Of a stretch of 64,000 nt of DNA, positions 9,562 to 19,294 are shown piece by piece; the stretch's first letter is position 1; each line of letters begins with the position of its first letter. The notes beneath the pieces were generated by a model. It was given only the letters and a program-made list of their open reading frames with translations. It was not told the DNA's origin and did no database searches. The stretch is from the NCBI GenBank assembly GCA_029258795.1, contig JAPDKB010000007.1:224001-288000 (forward strand). Reading direction: 5' to 3'. The position numbers and the translations under genes are program-made. This DNA is from an archaeon. Lineage in GTDB: Archaea > EX4484-52 > WAPT01.

Positions 9562-10873
9562 CTCCTATGCCCAGAAAGCTCAGAAATCCAAAGATATCGG
9601 TGAATGTCGTCAAGATAACTGTGGAGGATGAAGCAGGATCACTCCCTAACTTTTCGAGCAGGAGCGGGATGGTCGCTCCAGCCAGAGCAGCAACCACCAT
9701 GTTCACAAGCATGGCCAGAAGCAAAGCCAGCGCTATGAGCATACTTCCTTTCCAGAGGAATGCAAAGGCCGCACCCACAACTCCTACCACCATTCCATTA
9801 ACCAGGGCTACCGCAAGCTCCTTCTTCACGACCCTGAAAAAATCTGCTGTGCTTATCTCTCTAAGAGCGAGGGATCTAACCACTATCGCCATGGTTTGGG
9901 TAGTAGCATTACCTCCCTCTCCAGCAACAACAGGCATGAAAACAGCGAACAGCACGAAGGTCTTGATAACATCCTCAAAAACATTCACAACGCTTGCAGC
10001 GAGAAATGCCGTGAAGAGGTTTATGATGAGCCACGGCATTCTGTTCCTTATGGACTTGCGCACGGGATCGAAAACGCGCTCCTCCTTCTCAAGCGAGAAC
10101 ATCTTGAATATATCCTCTGCATGCTCCTCTTCCATTATCTTCAGCGCTTCATCGATAGTTATTACGCCCACAAGTTTTCCATTTTCAATCACCGGGATGG
10201 ACATGCATTTGTGCTTTTTGAAGAGGTTCGCCACCTCCTCCCTGTCGGTGGTGATGCCAACCTTGACTTTCGGTTTTTTCATAATACTCTTTATTTTGGA
10301 ATTGAGTTGTGCTGTGATAAGCTTCTCCAACTTCACCCTGCCCACAAGCTTTCCATCCTCATCCACCACATAAACTTCCTTGGTGTACGTTGACTTCCCT
10401 GCTTTCTTCAGTTTCTTCACCACTTTTCCGACCCTCTCATCAGGATGTGCTGTTATGATTTCCCTTTGCATTATTCCTCCTGCAACTTCCTTGGAATAGC
10501 GAAGCTGTCTGAGTATGCTCTGCCTCTTTCTTTGAGGGAGGTAGGAGAGCACAGCATCCACCCTTCTCTCATCTTTAATAGCGCGGAGAATCCTACACGC
10601 GTCATCTGATGCAAGTTCCTCAAGTATGGATGCTATTTCGCTATCGGAAAGGGAGGAAAGAGCATGCTCTCGCTCCTCCTCTGTCATGAGCAGAAGAACG
10701 TCCCTCTTTTTTTCAGCATCAATCATTTCAAACAATTGGTGCCATTTCTCCCTTTTAATCCTTCTCAGAATGTGCACTATTTCAGCAGGGCTCATGTGGG
10801 TGAGAATGGACGATGCTTCTTTTTTCAAGCCCTTCTCCAGCAGCTGTGCAAGTTTTGAAATAATCCTCTGCAT
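9530..10873 (-). CDS. mgtE: MgtE magnesium transporter
   Basis: MgtE N-domain, CBS pair, RMPWL, GEGGNATTQT, DPA, TTFTD. Confidence 0.92.
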   Translation of the reverse strand: MQRIISKLAQLLEKGLKKEASSILTHMSPAEIVHILRRIKREKWHQLFEMIDAEKKRDVLLLMTEEEREHALSSLSDSEIASILEELASDDACRILRAIKDERRVDAVLSYLPQRKRQSILRQLRYSKEVAGGIMQREIITAHPDERVGKVVKKLKKAGKSTYTKEVYVVDEDGKLVGRVKLEKLITAQLNSKIKSIMKKPKVKVGITTDREEVANLFKKHKCMSIPVIENGKLVGVITIDEALKIMEEEHAEDIFKMFSLEKEERVFDPVRKSIRNRMPWLIINLFTAFLAASVVNVFEDVIKTFVLFAVFMPVVAGEGGNATTQTMAIVVRSLALREISTADFFRVVKKELAVALVNGMVVGVVGAAFAFLWKGSMLIALALLLAMLVNMVVAALAGATIPLLLEKLGSDPASSSTVILTTFTDIFGFLSFLGIGAIFLKMFGVV

Positions 10874-10914
10874 CAAGAAATTACTTCTTCAAGGGTGCAT
10901 ATATGCTTTTGGGT

Positions 10915-13900
10915 TCATCCCGTATCTTCTCCCTCTTTTTTCCTCCTCTTTGCCAGCAGGAAGAACAGCAGAAGGGCTGCAAGCAACAGGAAGAGCAGTG
11001 CACCTCTTGTGCTCTTGAGCCATGCCAATCCCGTTATTCCAGAAGGTGGCAGTTTCTCTTTACTCAGGAGTTCCTCCACTATCGTTGAGGGTGAACTCAC
11101 CACTTTAACATCAATGGTGAAGCTTGCGTAAGGCACCCCATCCCTGAACAACTTCCATCTTGTGGTAAAGGTTCCTTCCTCCTCTGGCACCACGACAAAA
11201 GAGTATGTTTCGCCATCACCAAGAGTAAAGCTATCCTCGATGCTCATCCATTCGGGGCCAGTTATACTAATCGTGTAATTACCGCCCTCCGCAAAGCTCA
11301 CCATCACCTCGTTCTCCTCCATGTAGTACAGTACGAGCTCTCCATCCTTCAGGTTGTGGATTGTGATGGAAGATGGTAAGCCTTCAACCACAAACACTTT
11401 GCTATAGAGCGTCTTCCCCTCGTGCTTTATTTCAAGCAAGTGCTGACCTGGTTCCAGCCCTACCAGAGTAAAAGTGGCAAAGCCGTTCTTATCCGTTGTG
11501 ATTGTTGTGTAGATATTGCCATCTACATAAACATCCATCTCTGCATTTGGTGTGGCTTCCACATTTACCACGTAGGGAAGCTGGATGAAATCATCAATCA
11601 CAACGTTTTCCACTTCCGGAGTTTCTTCTTTAATAGTGGGTGGTGCTACATAATACGTTCCGCCTCCGCCACCTCCACCGCCTCCTGACGGCTTCTTGAT
11701 AACATTTACTTCTATCCTTTCGGAGGTAAAGCTGTTGCCTGCGTTATCATAAGCCACCAGATAATAAACTAATGTGGATGGAGTGGTGATGGTGAAGGTG
11801 CAGCTCGAGCTGTTGCAGGTTGATTTAAGCGCGTCGTTAACGTAAAGTTCTATTCTTTCCACCCCACTGAGATTATCTGTTGCGTTAGCCGAGATTGTCA
11901 GCTGCTCACCCTCCTCCGGCTCCTGTGGGCTGTGCTGAATCGCTTCGAACAGCGGAGATTCCATATCAATCTTTATCTCCACACTCTTGATTTCCTCGAC
12001 ATTTCCAGCATTATCAACTGAGTAGAAGCGCACATACCACACGTTGCTTTCATTTATCAGCTGTTCCTGCTGGAAAACGTTTTCTGGATTGCAGGTGTTG
12101 ATTGTGTCAACGCAAAAGTATGTTGCGTTACATCCGCTACTGTCATCAGTACAGGTGAGATTGAAGCTCACGCTTGTTGTGTACCATCCATTGTTGCCGT
12201 TCGGAGCTGGTGGATTTAGCGTAATGGTTGTTGTAGGAGGTGTTGTGTCCTCTCCTTCTGACTCTCTAACGGTGAAGCTTCCCTCGGGGGTGGTGAAAGT
12301 GTTGCCAGCTTTGTCGTAGATCTTGGCGTAGTAGGTTATGGTTGTGCCTGCAGAATAAGGTCCGCTAGTATAACTGCAATCCGCAACATCATCACATGTC
12401 TTCTCCAGCGTTCCATTCACATAGATCTCTATTTTCTCTATTCCAGACCCCTCATCGGAAGCCTGAGCAGTAAAGCTGACCTCGTCAACATCCGTTGGGT
12501 TTTGTGGAGAATGTGTTATGCTGCCCGAAGGTATTGCCTTGTCGATATAGAATGGGTTACTTTCCTTTATGCTTTCTGTGTTGCCTGCAACATCAACACT
12601 GTAATAACAAACCTTCTTGATGCAGACGTTTCCTGTTGAACATGTTACTGTTCCGCTCTGTCCAGAAGTATAGCCGGTTGTTCCGCATTCAGCTGTATTA
12701 TCCACAACCTTGTAATAAGTATTCTGGCATCCGCTTTTGTCGTCATTGCATGTAAGGGTGAAGCTAACATTCTGATTGGTCCAGTCGTGGCCGTTTGGAG
12801 AGATGGTTGTGGTGGGAGGTGTTGTGTCCTCTCCTTCTGACTCTCTAACGGTGAAGCTTCCCTCGGGGGTGGTGAAAGTGTTGCCAGCTTTGTCGTAGAT
12901 CTTGGCGTAGTAGGTTATGGTTGTGCCTGCTGGAAAGCTTCCTGCATTGTAGGAGCATGAAGTTGTGGAGGTGCATGTGGTTGCGAGATTACCATCAACA
13001 TAAATCTCGATTTTGTCTATGCCCGAGCCATCATCGCTGGCTGTTGTGGAAATGGTCACAGCATCCTCATCTGTTGGGTTCTGGGGGGAGTGAGTCACAC
13101 TTCCGGTTGGCGCTTTCTTGTCGATGTAAAATGGGTTGCTCTCCTTAACGCTTTCCTTGTTTCCTTCGTTATCAACGGAGTAGAAGCAAACCTTCTTGAT
13201 GCAAACACTTCCGTCAGCACACGTTACCGTGCCGCTCTGTCCACTAGTATATCCACTTGATGGACACGTCTGGTCGTTGTTGATAATAGTGTAGTATGTG
13301 GCGCTACACCCCGAATAATCGTCAACACAAGTGAGGGTAAAGCCCACATCTTCATTCGTCCAGCTGTGTCCGTTTGGAGAGATGGTTGTGGTGGGAGGAG
13401 TGGTGTCAGTAACAACGATATTCACCACCACCGTGTCTTTTCCTTCCAGACCCTTATCATCAGCAACAACCAGTTCTATCGTGTAGCTTCCCTCCTCGCT
13501 GAATGTGAGCTGTATGCTCTGTGCTGTCGAATCAGCAACACCATCACCGTCCGTGTCCCAGCGATAGGTTATCGGATCTCCGTCCGGATCGTAGCTTGGT
13601 GAGCCATCAAAGGTGAGGGTTGTTCCCGGCTCAACCGTTACGCTGTTTACATCCTCTCCGTTGGTGAGGATAATGGCTACGGGGGCTGTGTTTTTTGGCT
13701 TCTCAAGCACAGTAACCTTCCAGCTTGCTGAGACGGATGATTTACCGTCTGTGACCTTAACCTCGATGGTGTAAAGGCCGGCTGAGCTTCCCTCAAACAG
13801 GAAGGATGATGTGGCTGTGCTTGAGAGTGTCTCGCGCTTGGATTCCGCTCCATCAACCCTCCAGATGAACGTCAACGGGTCTCCATCGGGATCCGTGGCT

Positions 13901-15813
13901 TTTACGAAAAATGCCATGCTCTCTCCAACATAGATAGAGTAGTCGCTCCCGGCAGTTTTGTCAACTATAACAGGCGGATCATTCTGCACGAATGTGAAGC
14001 TTATCGAATCTGACGCGCTTGCACCATCAGGATCCGTGGCTGTGAATGTGACTGTAGCACTGCCTTCCTGCGATGCGGTTATGGTTGCCGCCCCGTTGTT
14101 TATGGTCACGGTGACAAAGCTTTTGGAAGGTGTTGCTTGTATGCTCAAACTGTCGAAAGCATCGTCGGGATCATAAATGTAATTCTTCAAGTTTATGGTA
14201 TATGCGGTTCCAACATCTACACTTACAGGCTGGTCTATGGATGAGAAATCAACAACCGGCGGGATGTTCACCTTTCTGAGGTATATTACCTTTGTGATGT
14301 CAGTATTAACGCTGAGCACATCCGATTCAGTGTGGTATCCGGATTTTGAAGCTTCGTAATGATACTCTCCTTCCGGCACGGAGGTGAATGTTGCTTTTCC
14401 ATCCGAGCCCGTATAGAGAGTTTTGTCATAGTTTCCAACGTCATCCCACAATCTGATCTGCGCATTTTCAAGAGGGGATTTCGTTTCATCATCATAAACG
14501 GTGAATGTTACCGTGTGAGTTTTTTTCAGCACGTTAACATTCGCTTCCTGCACCTCCACCTCATTGCTCAACCCATCGCACATGCTGCTTGAAGCCACAC
14601 CTTCCACTCTCAGCGTGTAGGAAGCTGGTGGATATGCTCCGATCACATCTTCATAGCTCTTGTAGGTGAGAGTTTGAGGAGCGCTTGAGGTGAACGTGGT
14701 GGAGTAAGCAGCTGAGCCTGTGGAAGAGTCCACCAGAGTTATGGTGAGCTTGGTGTCAACCGGTATCACCGTGCTTTCATCTATGTAGAGAGCACTCAAA
14801 TAATTAAAAGCGACCTTTATCGCTTCACCTTCCACTATCTCATAATCTCCATGCTCATCCGTCACAGCCAGATTCTGTATTCTGGTGTAACAGTAAGATG
14901 ATGAAGGATCCCTCACATAAGTTGTGGTGCTCTCATAATCATCCACGGGATTTCTTATCTGGCTGTCCACTATTTTGGATATAACCTTGATTGTGTACTT
15001 GCCTGTGGCATCGGGCGTCCACGTGAACTTGTCCTGGAAGGCGCATTCATCAGCGGGCACGCTTGTCTGTAACGAGTCCGTATAAACAAGGTTTCCGCTA
15101 GCATCTCTCACCTCGAGCACAAGCTGTGTATCCACACTGTAATCTATGTACACTCCATCTTCTGGAGGATAGTAGCCCACTATGTTCGTTTTCTTGAAGG
15201 CACTGCACACCTCGTTTGAAATGCTGGCGGGCACGCCAATCTCAAGCGGAAGATTCACATCGTTTATGTTGGTCACTTCCAGCTTCTGAATTTCAGCTAT
15301 ACCTCCATCTTTTTTGATGAGGGTTGCTATGTAGGGATTTGAAGGATTGTTGTTTGTAGGATCTCCACATGCGAAATGTTGATATGATGATTCACAGTAA
15401 GGGCGTGCTACATCAGCGTAGCCTATGTAATCCTTTCCGAAGTAGTAAGTTGCATATTTCTTGCTTTTAACATTAGGAACGTTCTGATAGCGCACTACTA
15501 TTGGCTCATTCGTGTTCACAATACTTACTTTATATGATGACAGACAACTCTCTAGCAAGTCCTTGTCGTAATAATATTTGAGCACGCATGCATTCCATGC
15601 TTCTCCCTTGTAAAAAAGCACAGGATTGTTAAAGTTCATGGACGAACATGTCGCATCAGCACACTCCCAACCGAGAAGCTTTACCTGCGTGCTGCCACCA
15701 TCGTCCGTAACTACCTTCCACACCTCGAAATAATCTTTAGCTATAGCTGAAGCCGGTAAAATAAGAATGAGTGCTACCACCCACGCCAAAATCGTGAACA
15801 ACTTTCGCATCAT
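10915..15813 (-). CDS. giant membrane-anchored surface protein with PKD/Ig-like repeats (1632 aa)
   Basis: Signal peptide, FDGSPSYDPDGD/YRWD PKD motif, repeated DTTPPTTTI Cys-rich modules, Gly linker, C-terminal TM followed by KRRKK. Confidence 0.85.
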   Translation of the reverse strand: MMRKLFTILAWVVALILILPASAIAKDYFEVWKVVTDDGGSTQVKLLGWECADATCSSMNFNNPVLFYKGEAWNACVLKYYYDKDLLESCLSSYKVSIVNTNEPIVVRYQNVPNVKSKKYATYYFGKDYIGYADVARPYCESSYQHFACGDPTNNNPSNPYIATLIKKDGGIAEIQKLEVTNINDVNLPLEIGVPASISNEVCSAFKKTNIVGYYPPEDGVYIDYSVDTQLVLEVRDASGNLVYTDSLQTSVPADECAFQDKFTWTPDATGKYTIKVISKIVDSQIRNPVDDYESTTTYVRDPSSSYCYTRIQNLAVTDEHGDYEIVEGEAIKVAFNYLSALYIDESTVIPVDTKLTITLVDSSTGSAAYSTTFTSSAPQTLTYKSYEDVIGAYPPASYTLRVEGVASSSMCDGLSNEVEVQEANVNVLKKTHTVTFTVYDDETKSPLENAQIRLWDDVGNYDKTLYTGSDGKATFTSVPEGEYHYEASKSGYHTESDVLSVNTDITKVIYLRKVNIPPVVDFSSIDQPVSVDVGTAYTINLKNYIYDPDDAFDSLSIQATPSKSFVTVTINNGAATITASQEGSATVTFTATDPDGASASDSISFTFVQNDPPVIVDKTAGSDYSIYVGESMAFFVKATDPDGDPLTFIWRVDGAESKRETLSSTATSSFLFEGSSAGLYTIEVKVTDGKSSVSASWKVTVLEKPKNTAPVAIILTNGEDVNSVTVEPGTTLTFDGSPSYDPDGDPITYRWDTDGDGVADSTAQSIQLTFSEEGSYTIELVVADDKGLEGKDTVVVNIVVTDTTPPTTTISPNGHSWTNEDVGFTLTCVDDYSGCSATYYTIINNDQTCPSSGYTSGQSGTVTCADGSVCIKKVCFYSVDNEGNKESVKESNPFYIDKKAPTGSVTHSPQNPTDEDAVTISTTASDDGSGIDKIEIYVDGNLATTCTSTTSCSYNAGSFPAGTTITYYAKIYDKAGNTFTTPEGSFTVRESEGEDTTPPTTTISPNGHDWTNQNVSFTLTCNDDKSGCQNTYYKVVDNTAECGTTGYTSGQSGTVTCSTGNVCIKKVCYYSVDVAGNTESIKESNPFYIDKAIPSGSITHSPQNPTDVDEVSFTAQASDEGSGIEKIEIYVNGTLEKTCDDVADCSYTSGPYSAGTTITYYAKIYDKAGNTFTTPEGSFTVRESEGEDTTPPTTTITLNPPAPNGNNGWYTTSVSFNLTCTDDSSGCNATYFCVDTINTCNPENVFQQEQLINESNVWYVRFYSVDNAGNVEEIKSVEIKIDMESPLFEAIQHSPQEPEEGEQLTISANATDNLSGVERIELYVNDALKSTCNSSSCTFTITTPSTLVYYLVAYDNAGNSFTSERIEVNVIKKPSGGGGGGGGGTYYVAPPTIKEETPEVENVVIDDFIQLPYVVNVEATPNAEMDVYVDGNIYTTITTDKNGFATFTLVGLEPGQHLLEIKHEGKTLYSKVFVVEGLPSSITIHNLKDGELVLYYMEENEVMVSFAEGGNYTISITGPEWMSIEDSFTLGDGETYSFVVVPEEEGTFTTRWKLFRDGVPYASFTIDVKVVSSPSTIVEELLSKEKLPPSGITGLAWLKSTRGALLFLLLAALLLFFLLAKRRKKEGEDTG
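12236..12930. repeat. intragenic direct repeat: two identical 116-bp copies (12236-12351 and 12815-12930) with 579-bp period
   Basis: Read directly from the sequence; a further 29-bp identity (12791-12819 = 13370-13398) lies at the same 579-bp offset. Confidence 0.9.
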
Positions 15814-15816
15814 ACC

Positions 15817-18057
15817 TCACCCTAACAAGTTACCTCCTCCGTGATCGGAGCCACCTCCGCCAAAACCTCCGCCTGAAGGCGGTTTTGTTCCTCCACCACC
15901 TCCGCCTCCACATGAAACATCCAATATGGCCTGTCTGTCTCCCGCATACAACCTAGAGCACCTTTCTCTGACCGTGGCTTCATCGATAAAGTTTGGATCG
16001 GTTGAAATGGCAACGATGGTATTGGCACCTTTTATTGCGTATATCCCAACACTTTCTCCGTTGCGGGACGCGTTGACCATGAAATCAAGGAAGTATTTTT
16101 CGGGTTCGGAAGGAGTCTTGTTCAATTCCTCCGCTTCCGCTCCTCCTTCCTCATCCACACTCAAGTCCACAACCACACCATAACTTCCCGTCTCATTGGC
16201 CTTTCCTCCCGGCAGCCAGTTTGCCAAGCTGCAGATGTACTGCTTGATCTTGCCCGGAATTTCCGCCAGCCTGAGTTTGCCAGCCTTAACATCAGCTTTC
16301 AGCGTTGTGCTCTGCTCAAGACACTCAGTCACATTCCCGCTTTTGACTTCTTTCCACACTATATCAGATATGCTGATCTCTTTCAGCGCTGTGAGGTTGG
16401 TCTGCTGGCCAGCTTCACCATTTCTCATCAGCAGCGCAGTCCAATCGTCTAGATAGAGCCTCTTTTTGCTTTTACCTGAGTCCACCAGCTTCGTGGCAGC
16501 ATCCTCCTCACTCTTTCCATAATTCAGCACAAAAATCTTCGCTTCGGCTTCCTTTCCATCCCCCTTTTTGAGCTTGACCTTCCCTTCGGCAATGGAGTAG
16601 TACGGAAGCTTGCTCTCGTTTACTCTCGCCATGTTCTTGGCTTCAAGCACAATCTTATAAAGATCCTGAAGAGACATTGCTGTTGTTTCTATTTTCTCTT
16701 TGGTTGTGGTGTTGTGCATAACAACATCAACAGGATATATGTCACTTGTAGGCACGAGATAGGTGTCATTGCCAAGGGATATTGCATTCTTGCTTTTCTC
16801 AAGCTTCTCCTTGACTTTCTCAGCAGCAAACTTTTCAATCGAGCTCTCATTGCCTGCCACCACAGCAACATTACCATTAACTTCTGCTCCGAACATGCTG
16901 TTTATTTTAACTGATTTGTACACCGTAGAACCATCCTTTTCCAAGCTAAAGTTCAGTGCAACAACTTTCACTTCTTCAGGAGTGAAGAGAGCCACACCCT
17001 CCTTTTCCTTTCCGTCCACAACCGCTGAGACTTTCAGCCAGTAACTTTCACCCGGCTTGAGTTTCTCTGTTATTTCTTTGTATATCTCATCTACACTCTT
17101 CGTCCCATTTTTTGGGAACTCCTCTCCTACAATAGCATTCACAATATCCAATGGAACCGAGAAAATGGTCTTGTTCTCCTGAACATCAAGCTCCTCTTTT
17201 GGCACAGTTGTCTCGTAAATAACATTCTTTCCGTCGGTTATGGATATCTTCACTTCTTTAGCCATGCCCAGAATCTCGCTCGTGATGTTAACTTCCTGCT
17301 TGAGAGGATTATACGCCACAGAGACCTCCACATCCTCATGCCCAACCTTATACTTTTCCTTTATAACTTCATAGGTGCCAACAACTTTCTCGCCCACATG
17401 CCCAGCTTCATCCTCAGCACAAACCACAAGCTTGTAATGATCCACACCCATCTTCTCGAGCTTTTCAACCACATTCTTCAGATTTGCATGCCCAATCTCG
17501 TGTGATGAATCATACGCCCCGTCCATCGGCTCAAGCGGGATTTTTTCAATCAGATTGCCATTAGCATCGTAAACTTCCACCCTCATATTAACTATCCTAT
17601 CCGCAAAAAAGTCAGCATCATCCTCTGCTTTCACAACAAGATCTCCACTTTCCTTGCCATACACTGCCTGCTTGATGACGGGCGGTTTCTGCTTATCTTC
17701 GTTGTATTTCTCCCATGTTAGATACCCTCCCACACCGAGCAACAGGGTAGCAAGAGCGGCAGCCACGCCCCTTTTTCCACCACCATCCAGCGGCTTCGGT
17801 TTGCCACCTATCGAGTCGGGTATTATCCCGCCCGGGCGTTTGTCCGGGTTTGCCAGATCAGCTATGTCTTTACCGGGTCCACCGTAGAATCTTTTGAGAA
17901 AAGGCCCGAGCCATGAAGGTAATTTTTCAAGAGCATTTTCCAGATCGCCAAACGCTTTCACCACTTCGTTAACAATGGCTCTGTTCTCCAACTCTCTGGG
18001 ATCAAGAACCTGATCAGGAGAGTAAACTCCCCTCCAGTTCACCCTGTACTCGCTCAT
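15817..18057 (-). CDS. hypothetical single-pass membrane protein (746 aa) with Gly-rich C-terminus
   Basis: Long ORF, one TM helix at about aa 98-115, ends 3 nt before the giant surface gene. Confidence 0.75.
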   Translation of the reverse strand: MSEYRVNWRGVYSPDQVLDPRELENRAIVNEVVKAFGDLENALEKLPSWLGPFLKRFYGGPGKDIADLANPDKRPGGIIPDSIGGKPKPLDGGGKRGVAAALATLLLGVGGYLTWEKYNEDKQKPPVIKQAVYGKESGDLVVKAEDDADFFADRIVNMRVEVYDANGNLIEKIPLEPMDGAYDSSHEIGHANLKNVVEKLEKMGVDHYKLVVCAEDEAGHVGEKVVGTYEVIKEKYKVGHEDVEVSVAYNPLKQEVNITSEILGMAKEVKISITDGKNVIYETTVPKEELDVQENKTIFSVPLDIVNAIVGEEFPKNGTKSVDEIYKEITEKLKPGESYWLKVSAVVDGKEKEGVALFTPEEVKVVALNFSLEKDGSTVYKSVKINSMFGAEVNGNVAVVAGNESSIEKFAAEKVKEKLEKSKNAISLGNDTYLVPTSDIYPVDVVMHNTTTKEKIETTAMSLQDLYKIVLEAKNMARVNESKLPYYSIAEGKVKLKKGDGKEAEAKIFVLNYGKSEEDAATKLVDSGKSKKRLYLDDWTALLMRNGEAGQQTNLTALKEISISDIVWKEVKSGNVTECLEQSTTLKADVKAGKLRLAEIPGKIKQYICSLANWLPGGKANETGSYGVVVDLSVDEEGGAEAEELNKTPSEPEKYFLDFMVNASRNGESVGIYAIKGANTIVAISTDPNFIDEATVRERCSRLYAGDRQAILDVSCGGGGGGGTKPPSGGGFGGGGSDHGGGNLLG

Positions 18058-18207
18058 CCACTACACCCTCGACGATTATCCACAATAATTTAATGCAAAG
18101 ATTTAAATTACTATCTCATGGTAGTAATCAAAACCAATAATCAGAAAAAGATTCGACAAAAGACGACAGAAAACTTTTTAAATTTTTGTTCAGGATGTTT
18201 AAAAATC

Positions 18208-18223
18208 GCGAAAGATTTATAAA
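18208..18223 (+). promoter_or_regulatory. BRE/TATA promoter of tfb
   Basis: gcgaaaga-TTTATAAA just upstream of the tfb start region. Confidence 0.55.
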
Positions 18224-18234
18224 CTTTTTCCCGG

Positions 18235-19260
18235 GTGGTGCTCGTGGTCGAAAAACTCAAGTGTCCCGAATGTGGCGGGGAGGAGTTCATAGAGGATGAG
18301 AGCAGAGGAGAACTTGTTTGTAAGAAGTGCGGATACGTGCTGGAAGATGAGTACATAGACACCAGCCCCGAATGGAGGGCTTTTGATTCTGAGCAGCAGG
18401 CCTCAAGGACCAGAACCGGAGCCCCCATAACATTCACCAAGCATGATAAGGGTATAAGCACCGAAATTGGTATAAGCTCTGCTGAACTTTACAAGGTGCC
18501 TGCAAGAAAGAGAGCGCAATACTACAGAATGATTAAATGGAATAAGAGGCTCACAAAATCTAAGGACAGAAACCTCTCTTACTCTCTTTCGGAGCTCGCG
18601 AGGCAGATAAGCTATCTCGGATTGCCAAAATCCGTGCATGAGGAGGTGGCAAGACTTTACGAGAAAGCTGTTGATATGGGATTGGTGAGAGGCAGAAGCA
18701 TGGAGAGCATAATTACAGCTCTCATCTATGCTGTTGCCAGAGAGAAGGGCACACCAAGAACTCTTTCTGAGCTGAGTGCTGCTTCAGGTATAGAGAAGAG
18801 AGAGATAGGCAGGGCTTACAGATACATAGCCAGAGAGCTCGGCATAAAGATACTGCCTGCCAAGCCGGAAGATTACATACCCAGATTCGCTTCACTCCTT
18901 GGTTTGAGCGGAAGGGTGCAGGCAAAAGCAAGGGAGATTCTGGAAAAAGCTCTGGATGAGGATATAGTTTCCGGAAAGGGTCCAACTGGTATAGCTGCCG
19001 CAGCTCTATACATAGCAGCTGTGCTTGAAGGCGAGAAGAGAACTCAGCGCGACATAGCTGACATAGTTGGCGTTACAGAGGTGACCATAAGAAACAGGTA
19101 CAAGGATCTGGTGGAGAAGCTGGGCATAGAGGAGGAAGTGGAAAGAAAAGCTCAGGAAGGTGTGAAGCCAAAGGAGGAAGAAGAGGCGGCAGAGGAAAAA
19201 GAGAGTGAAGAGAAAAATGAAAAAACGGAAGGAGAAAAGAAGAAGATCGTGCTGGAGTAA
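18235..19260 (+). CDS. tfb: transcription initiation factor IIB
   Basis: CPECG...CKKCG zinc ribbon, PEWRAF B-reader, two cyclin repeats, VTEVTIRNRYK; acidic C-terminal tail; exact GTG start uncertain. Confidence 0.97.
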   Translation: MVLVVEKLKCPECGGEEFIEDESRGELVCKKCGYVLEDEYIDTSPEWRAFDSEQQASRTRTGAPITFTKHDKGISTEIGISSAELYKVPARKRAQYYRMIKWNKRLTKSKDRNLSYSLSELARQISYLGLPKSVHEEVARLYEKAVDMGLVRGRSMESIITALIYAVAREKGTPRTLSELSAASGIEKREIGRAYRYIARELGIKILPAKPEDYIPRFASLLGLSGRVQAKAREILEKALDEDIVSGKGPTGIAAAALYIAAVLEGEKRTQRDIADIVGVTEVTIRNRYKDLVEKLGIEEEVERKAQEGVKPKEEEEAAEEKESEEKNEKTEGEKKKIVLE

Positions 19261-19294
19261 AAATCTACCCTCTTTTCCCTTTTTATTTCCTTCT

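Noticed and set aside
9567-10373. Long antisense ORFs (268 aa here; also 45982..46770 and 51371..52174)
   Set aside because: They fully overlap well-supported genes on the opposite strand and carry no motifs
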